From: a virus
Reading direction: 5' to 3' (one strand)
DNA: 64,000 bases
IMG/VR virus record: IMGVR_UViG_3300042892_002114
Coordinates: 27,315-91,314 of that record
The translations under genes and the position numbers were made by a program. Positions 59,602 through 64,000 of this stretch are shown here, piece after piece (position 1 is the stretch's first letter; each line of letters opens with the position of its first letter). The notes below the pieces were generated by a model. That model had not been told where the DNA came from. It was given only the letters and a program-made list of their open reading frames with translations, and did no database searches.

Positions 59602-60018
59602 TCAAATGTTGTTGAGAATATTTTGACTGTTGACGAATGTCTCATCGCCATTGTCATGCATAATCTTAACGCTAAAATCCTTGGCATCTAGACCATCAAA
59701 CAAAGATGTGTTCAAAAACATATGTGGAAAAGATTCAATCAATTCAACAAATCCACTGTTAAATGATGGCGTATGAATCCAACGACCATTGCTGAGTTTA
59801 TTAAACTCCTCACTATGAGTGCCTTTCACAAGCAAATTGGACCATTCCATAAGTTTTTGTTTATCAACAGATGCATCTCCACAAAATTTGCCAGAATTAT
59901 ATGGAAGATTGAAATACTCAAGCAGCATTTCATGCATGATCTCAGATTGATAGTCAGACAGACTTTGCTTGATCTCGTCGATTGTCAGAGCAATTGTGGT
60001 GTGCTTGGTGATCTTCAT
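59602..60018 (-). CDS. Hypothetical cassette protein
   Basis: 138 aa; ATG in repeat. Confidence 0.7.
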   Translation of the reverse strand: MKITKHTTIALTIDEIKQSLSDYQSEIMHEMLLEYFNLPYNSGKFCGDASVDKQKLMEWSNLLVKGTHSEEFNKLSNGRWIHTPSFNSGFVELIESFPHMFLNTSLFDGLDAKDFSVKIMHDNGDETFVNSQNILNNI

Positions 60019-60062
60019 GTTTAGAATACTGACAGAGTTTTTATAAAAAGCAACAGTATTTT

Positions 60063-60350
60063 TTAGTCAAACGCAGGATGACTGGCATTTGCAACATAGA
60101 TATGAAAATGTGCTGTGCTGCGTGGAGCACGATAATCATTCAAATTTACGACATTAACATATTTCATTTCGTTGCGCGACTTGACCCAGCTCAATAGCTT
60201 GTCAACACTAGCATATGATTCCACAGCCCAAGCCACACGGCTGGCTCCACCTCTTGCTCCACCCCAGCCGCTCATGCACTTGTCCTTGGCAACGATTGCC
60301 CACTTGTGAGTGATTTTCTGAGATTCATTGCGATCATCTACGGTTTTCAT
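60063..60350 (-). CDS. Hypothetical cassette protein
   Basis: Start MKTVDDR defined by the repeat; DKCMSGWGGA..R.EMKYV motif. Confidence 0.75.
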   Translation of the reverse strand: MKTVDDRNESQKITHKWAIVAKDKCMSGWGGARGGASRVAWAVESYASVDKLLSWVKSRNEMKYVNVVNLNDYRAPRSTAHFHIYVANASHPAFD

Positions 60351-60393
60351 GTTATATATACTGACTATTTTTTTATAAAAAGCAACTCTATTT

Positions 60394-60525
60394 TTACTGC
60401 CACTTGTTGTTTCTGTTCTTGCGAGTGTAGGCACCTTTGCCTTTTTTGGTTTTGTGAATCTGATTGCCCAGATTCATGCCAGAGCTGAACACGCTGCGAA
60501 GTTTGATTGGCGAGTTGGTCTTCAT
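60394..60525 (-). CDS. ArfA-like (alternative ribosome-rescue factor A-like) peptide, 43 aa, not in ORF track
   Basis: MKTNSPIKLRSVFSSGMNLGNQIHKTKKGKGAYTRKNRNNKWQ; KKGKGxYxRK matches the ArfA core KKGKGSYxRK. Confidence 0.6.
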   Translation of the reverse strand: MKTNSPIKLRSVFSSGMNLGNQIHKTKKGKGAYTRKNRNNKWQ

Positions 60526-60557
60526 GTTGAATACACTGACAGAGTTTTTATAAAAGG

Positions 60558-60743
60558 TCAAGAAGCTTCTTCGGTATCTTGATCAACGTAACTGTATGAA
60601 ATACAATCAATTTCGTTCCAAAACTTATTCAAGGCTTTGATCTCGGCCTCAATTTTGGACTCTGCTGAAACGGTATATGTGCGTTCTACCTGTTCACGCG
60701 GGTCATAAACACTTTGAGCGTAGATGGTGGTGATGAAGTTCAT
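60558..60743 (-). CDS. Hypothetical cassette protein
   Basis: Start MNFITTIY defined by the repeat. Confidence 0.7.
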   Translation of the reverse strand: MNFITTIYAQSVYDPREQVERTYTVSAESKIEAEIKALNKFWNEIDCISYSYVDQDTEEAS

Positions 60744-60774
60744 GTTTATGACTATGGCAGAGTTTTTATAAATG

Positions 60775-60996
60775 TCAAACAGATATTGGTGCTGGACGAC
60801 CAGTGGCGTCATCAAAAATATAATTCACTGCATCTTCTGATTGTGCAGCACGACTTTTGATTGGAACATACCAACGAGAAAGCAGCTCATGCCCAGCTTT
60901 TTCAGCTTCAATTTTGGTGGCAAATCGCAGAGCATTGCTTGCCCAAGATTTTTCGCCTTGATACATTGTGCAAACTTCAGTTTTCCAAGATTTCAT
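60775..60996 (-). CDS. Hypothetical cassette protein
   Basis: Start MKSWKTEV defined by the repeat; W..NALRFAT..EA motif. Confidence 0.75.
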   Translation of the reverse strand: MKSWKTEVCTMYQGEKSWASNALRFATKIEAEKAGHELLSRWYVPIKSRAAQSEDAVNYIFDDATGRPAPISV

Positions 60997-61034
60997 ATTT
61001 AAGATAATGTATGAGTTTTTATTAAAAGCGAGAC

Positions 61035-61199
61035 TTATTTTACTTTTTTGGATGATAGTTGAGCTTTCCAAGCAGCAACAACTGCATCAACTGCGAACTT
61101 ATGCTCGTCTTCTGTGATTCTCGTAGCAGCACAAGCTTCGTCCAGCTCAAACACAATGTTGCCAATTTCAACGCCAGTGATAATTGATTTAGAGTTCAT
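61035..61199 (-). CDS. Hypothetical cassette protein
   Basis: Start MNSKSII defined by the repeat. Confidence 0.65.
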   Translation of the reverse strand: MNSKSIITGVEIGNIVFELDEACAATRITEDEHKFAVDAVVAAWKAQLSSKKVK

Positions 61200-61245
61200 A
61201 AATAAGATAATGTATGATTTTTTATTAAAAGCGAGACTTATTTTT

Positions 61246-61443
61246 TCAATCAACAAAGTAAATCACTTTGTCAGAGTGCCCTACGTCATAACTCAGTCTC
61301 ATTTTCATAAGCCGTTCAGAGTTCTTGTCGAGATAGTCGTGGAACTCTTCATATGAGCAATCAGTAAACCGCATCCAAATTCTCAATCGAAGTTGAGTAG
61401 GAAACCGGCCAAGCTCTCTCTCAAAGTTGATGATAATTTTCAT
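61246..61443 (-). CDS. Hypothetical cassette protein
   Basis: 65 aa; ATG in repeat. Confidence 0.65.
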   Translation of the reverse strand: MKIIINFERELGRFPTQLRLRIWMRFTDCSYEEFHDYLDKNSERLMKMRLSYDVGHSDKVIYFVD

Positions 61444-61481
61444 ATTTAAAACAATAGCAGAGTTTTTATAGAAAGCGAGAC

Positions 61482-61700
61482 TTATTTTAAATTTTCAACG
61501 GTCCAACCACGCTGCCAAGCATCCATGAGCTTCAACAGTTGCTTGGTAAATTTCCAATCAGCTGTGCTGTATTTCTTGATGAAATAACTAAACTCAACAT
61601 CAGATGCACAAGCACACAAGATGCCACGCTGAAAAGCGGCTGCACCCATAACAGTTGCTTTGTTCAAGTCGTTCTGAAAATCTGCTTTGGTGAGGTTCAT
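61482..61700 (-). CDS. Hypothetical cassette protein
   Basis: 72 aa; G..AF..G...AW.RGW motif; ATG in repeat. Confidence 0.7.
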   Translation of the reverse strand: MNLTKADFQNDLNKATVMGAAAFQRGILCACASDVEFSYFIKKYSTADWKFTKQLLKLMDAWQRGWTVENLK

Positions 61701-61736
61701 ACTTAAAACAATGTCAGAGTTTTTATAAAAAGCAAG

Positions 61737-61769
61737 AAAAAAGGGGAGGTTTTTTATGCCTCCTCTTTT
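61737..61769 (-). terminator. Rho-independent terminator
   Basis: GAGGAGG/CCTCCCC stem followed by T6 on the minus strand. Confidence 0.65.
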
Positions 61770-61790
61770 CTTATGAACCCAACGAAAAAA

Positions 61791-61982
61791 TCAAAAGTCA
61801 AGAAATTCTGGTTCAATAAGTGATACATTTATAGCATCATCAAACAGCAGCACATTGTCACCATTGTCTTCATCAACCCAATATGTCAATGACATATTTT
61901 GATTTTCATGAATAACTGCAACAGTGCCTGTGCTTGTTGAACAGTTATGAGGAAATGATAATCTGTCGCCTACAAGATACAT
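61791..61982 (-). CDS. Hypothetical protein (second gene of a two-gene cassette)
   Basis: Start MYLVGDRL 1 nt after the stop of 61984-62295; no repeat of its own. Confidence 0.55.
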   Translation of the reverse strand: MYLVGDRLSFPHNCSTSTGTVAVIHENQNMSLTYWVDEDNGDNVLLFDDAINVSLIEPEFLDF

Positions 61983-61983
61983 T

Positions 61984-62295
61984 TTACTCGTCCTCCCCAC
62001 CAAAGCTGTCAATCGACGGGCAGTAGTTTTCCTCGTCATCATAGCCAGCGGAACGCAGAGCGTCAGCATCAGCCTCGCCGTCGTGGCGAAACTGGTCAGG
62101 CTCGTTGTCATCACCAGAGCTACCGAAATCAACAATGCCTTGCTCATGCAACAAGTCCACGAGATAATCAACATCATCGGTGTTGATTGTCATATTGTCA
62201 TAATCAACGCTATACTGGGGCGTGCTGTCAAGCTCCAGAGCAGTGACGGCGAGCAGAAACAGACCCTTTTCGGTGAAGGTGATTGAGGAGTTCAT
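61984..62295 (-). CDS. Highly acidic cassette protein
   Basis: 103 aa, D/E-rich, DADAL.SAG..DE.Y motif; ATG in repeat. Confidence 0.75.
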   Translation of the reverse strand: MNSSITFTEKGLFLLAVTALELDSTPQYSVDYDNMTINTDDVDYLVDLLHEQGIVDFGSSGDDNEPDQFRHDGEADADALRSAGYDDEENYCPSIDSFGGEDE

Positions 62296-62337
62296 ATTTA
62301 AAACAATGACAGAATTTTTATAAAAAGCAAGACCTAT

Positions 62338-62529
62338 TTATTCTTCGGAGGTTTTGGACTTACATGGCAAAGGGCGGACAATTTCCAGATCAACACGCCA
62401 CTCATAAGTGGCATCATTTCCATAAGCAATCTTGACCAAATTACTTCCATCTCCGTAGTGGCCAACAACCATACACTGAAAGCCCTTGAACCTGCCCTTA
62501 TGTGGGATGACGATTGAATGAAGTTTCAT
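62338..62529 (-). CDS. Hypothetical cassette protein (KOW/SH3-like)
   Basis: Start MKLHSIV defined by the repeat; GRFKG..VV pattern. Confidence 0.6.
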   Translation of the reverse strand: MKLHSIVIPHKGRFKGFQCMVVGHYGDGSNLVKIAYGNDATYEWRVDLEIVRPLPCKSKTSEE

Positions 62530-62567
62530 GAGTAATACTATGACTATTTTTTTATAAAAAGCAACTC

Positions 62568-62795
62568 TTATTTTGCCAATTTGCTGTTCACAACGTGTTT
62601 GATCAGGTCGTTGAGACCCTTGCCCACATACTTGCAACGCTTGAGCAAGTTTTTGCTGTCATAATTCGGAAAGCCACTTTCTTCTTCTATCGAATCGGGT
62701 GAAAGAAAAACCCACTTATTTTCTGCCCTGAGATACAGATAAATAAAACCTTCTTTATTTTCAACGTAATAACCGGGTTTTGGTGATTTGTTCAT
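62568..62795 (-). CDS. Hypothetical cassette protein
   Basis: 75 aa; ATG in repeat. Confidence 0.7.
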   Translation of the reverse strand: MNKSPKPGYYVENKEGFIYLYLRAENKWVFLSPDSIEEESGFPNYDSKNLLKRCKYVGKGLNDLIKHVVNSKLAK

Positions 62796-62833
62796 ATTTA
62801 GAATAATGTCAGAGTTTTTATAAAAAGCAACAC

Positions 62834-63079
62834 TTATTTATCAAAAGTTGCGATTGGCTCAATGCCACCCACCAAGCTGCGAACAAAATGACATTTCAGC
62901 GTGTCGCTGTTCCAAGCAGTAAAAGTGAATTTGCGACCATCATAGCTCAACACTTTTTTGCTGATCTTCTTTACATCATCCCAACCATTTGGAACATCAA
63001 CAGTAAGAAATTCACGCTGAACATCTGGACGATATGAGTAAACAACTGAAATGTCGTTGGGAAGAATGGTTGCTTTCAT
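62834..63079 (-). CDS. Hypothetical cassette protein
   Basis: 81 aa; ATG in repeat. Confidence 0.7.
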   Translation of the reverse strand: MKATILPNDISVVYSYRPDVQREFLTVDVPNGWDDVKKISKKVLSYDGRKFTFTAWNSDTLKCHFVRSLVGGIEPIATFDK

Positions 63080-63117
63080 ATTTAAAACAATGACAGAATT
63101 TTTATAAAAAGCAACTC

Positions 63118-63246
63118 TTATTTTTTCTTCTTTGGCACACTAACAATGTATTTTCCACTGCGTTCAGAGAAAGCATAATTGCTTGTTGCTAAATTTTTCT
63201 TGGCAAATTCAATAACTTGCTGCTTTGTGAATCGTTTGAGTTTCAT
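63118..63246 (-). CDS. Small basic protein (42 aa, not in ORF track)
   Basis: MKLKRFTKQQVIEFAKKNLATSNYAFSERSGKYIVSVPKKKK; stop abuts the next repeat. Confidence 0.5.
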   Translation of the reverse strand: MKLKRFTKQQVIEFAKKNLATSNYAFSERSGKYIVSVPKKKK

Positions 63247-63297
63247 GAATAAAAATTGTGCGTGAGTTGATATGCGCACCCCATCATTGAAATTTAT

Positions 63298-63591
63298 TTA
63301 CACAATCTCAACGTCCTTGAAATATCGCTCAGAACGATGCAGAATTTCACTCCAATCATTTTCTACGCTACTTGGAATTTCATCATCAAAGTGCGGAAAC
63401 GCTTCGGCACGACCAAGCGCAATGTTCAACGCCAGTTCTGGGTTGAACTTGTCGCCTCGGTTGGTGGCACACAGGCTGTAGCCAAAGCCAACTGTATTGT
63501 CGTGCCGCTTCACAGCGACGACCACGCCGACTTTTTGCCGTCGCCGGTTGCGAACATACTGAAAGATAGTGTTGTTAGGAGGATTGATCAT
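63298..63591 (-). CDS. Hypothetical cassette protein
   Basis: Start MINPPNN about 25 nt downstream of a repeat copy; G.S.C...D.F....G..IA..RA-like motif common in phage proteins. Confidence 0.7.
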   Translation of the reverse strand: MINPPNNTIFQYVRNRRRQKVGVVVAVKRHDNTVGFGYSLCATNRGDKFNPELALNIALGRAEAFPHFDDEIPSSVENDWSEILHRSERYFKDVEIV

Positions 63592-63660
63592 AGGTATTGT
63601 GTTGTTGTTTGACTGAAATAATGATAGTAGCAGAGTTTTTATAAAAAGCAACTCTATTTT

Positions 63661-64000
63661 TTAGCGAAGATACGCAGGACCATATTCAGTGAATTTGGTC
63701 AGCACGTTGGCATCCTTGACGTTGCCGCGCACGCCCTTGGCAACAGGAGCCTTCCAAGTGCCTTTGAGCAAATCGCCAGTGGCTACGTCATAGAAGCAAT
63801 AAACGCCAACGGCTTTGAGCGGACCAGTGCGATGCGGCACGCGCTCACACTTAGCAAGTTTGGCATAACGCTCGCCCACGCTGTCAACCATGACCACGGG
63901 AGCATCATTGTGCGTGAAGTTGTTGCGTTGCCAATAATCACTGATTTTCTTGTTCACGCCACGAATAAAATCCGTGAGCGGCATATCATTTTTCAGAGCA
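63661..64000 (-). CDS. Hypothetical phage protein, 5' end probably outside the window
   Basis: Frame stays open upstream of the ATG at 63984; TGDLLKGTWKAP.KGVRGNV motif. Confidence 0.65.
   Translation of the reverse strand, partial: ALKNDMPLTDFIRGVNKKISDYWQRNNFTHNDAPVVMVDSVGERYAKLAKCERVPHRTGPLKAVGVYCFYDVATGDLLKGTWKAPVAKGVRGNVKDANVLTKFTEYGPAYLR

Larger units (their letters stand above)
56797..63651 (-). repeat. Array of 24 interspersed ~38-bp promoter-like repeats, one in front of almost every small gene
   Basis: Copies begin (CAT on + strand) at 56797, 57200, 57498, 57737, 57991 (truncated), 58157, 58392, 58639, 58890, 59094, 59556, 60016, 60348, 60523, 60741, 60994, 61197, 61441, 61698, 62293, 62527, 62793, 63077, plus 63617-63651 (no adjacent ATG). 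Consensus on minus strand: TTG(ACA/CTT)-tttataaaaactctgt-CA(G/T)T(A/G)T-N7-ATG. Confidence 0.92.

Noticed and set aside
56797-63651. CRISPR array interpretation of the interspersed repeats
   Set aside because: Intervening sequences are 130-600 bp intact ORFs, the repeats are degenerate and promoter-shaped, and no cas genes are in the window.
56797-63651. Classical integron attC sites
   Set aside because: No RYYYAAC...GTTRRRY-bounded long imperfect hairpins, and no tyrosine recombinase in the window.
57533-63651. ORF-track starts reading through the repeats (peptides such as FYKNSVSIYNM)
   Set aside because: These are translations of the repeat itself; the ATG at the repeat end is the consistent start.
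1-64000. tRNA/rRNA genes, introns/inteins, diversity-generating retroelement, stop-codon recoding
   Set aside because: No cloverleaf, reverse transcriptase, TR/VR pair or intein motifs recognised by eye. Long ORFs are intact under the standard code. A tRNAscan/Infernal run would be needed to exclude RNA genes fully.

Overview
This window is a 64-kb segment of a large, AT-rich, apparently lytic tailed phage (myovirus-type baseplate genes, standard genetic code). Almost all genes lie on the minus strand. No integrase, tRNA, rRNA or CRISPR array was recognised. From left to right: (i) a >989-aa ORF missing from the ORF track (2969 to <1) that fuses three unrelated nucleotidyltransferase folds (ligase-type KxDG, HIGH, Pol-beta GS..DxD); (ii) glycosyl-/methyltransferase cluster I, including an Aah/TibC-like protein O-heptosyltransferase; (iii) a fused Mre11-Rad50, a NUMOD3 endonuclease, primase and a RuvC-like resolvase; (iv) a baseplate/tail module, a sigma-like protein, peptide deformylase and Hsp20; (v) glycosyltransferase cluster II with a GT60-like polypeptide GlcNAc-transferase beside Pro/Thr-repeat (mucin-like) proteins, and PhoH; (vi) a G/C-run island at ~56.4 kb; and (vii) from 56.5 kb to the end, an array of small genes. 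Nearly every gene in that array is fronted by its own copy of a ~38-bp element (TTGACA/TTGCTT - TTTATAAAA-containing spacer of 16-17 nt - YAnnnT - N7 - ATG; 24 copies), predicting leaderless promoter+ORF cassettes. One cassette encodes an unannotated ArfA-like peptide. A second motif, ATA(T/C)TTAT, precedes ~15 structural/late genes. All calls come from motif reading by eye; no database searches were run.
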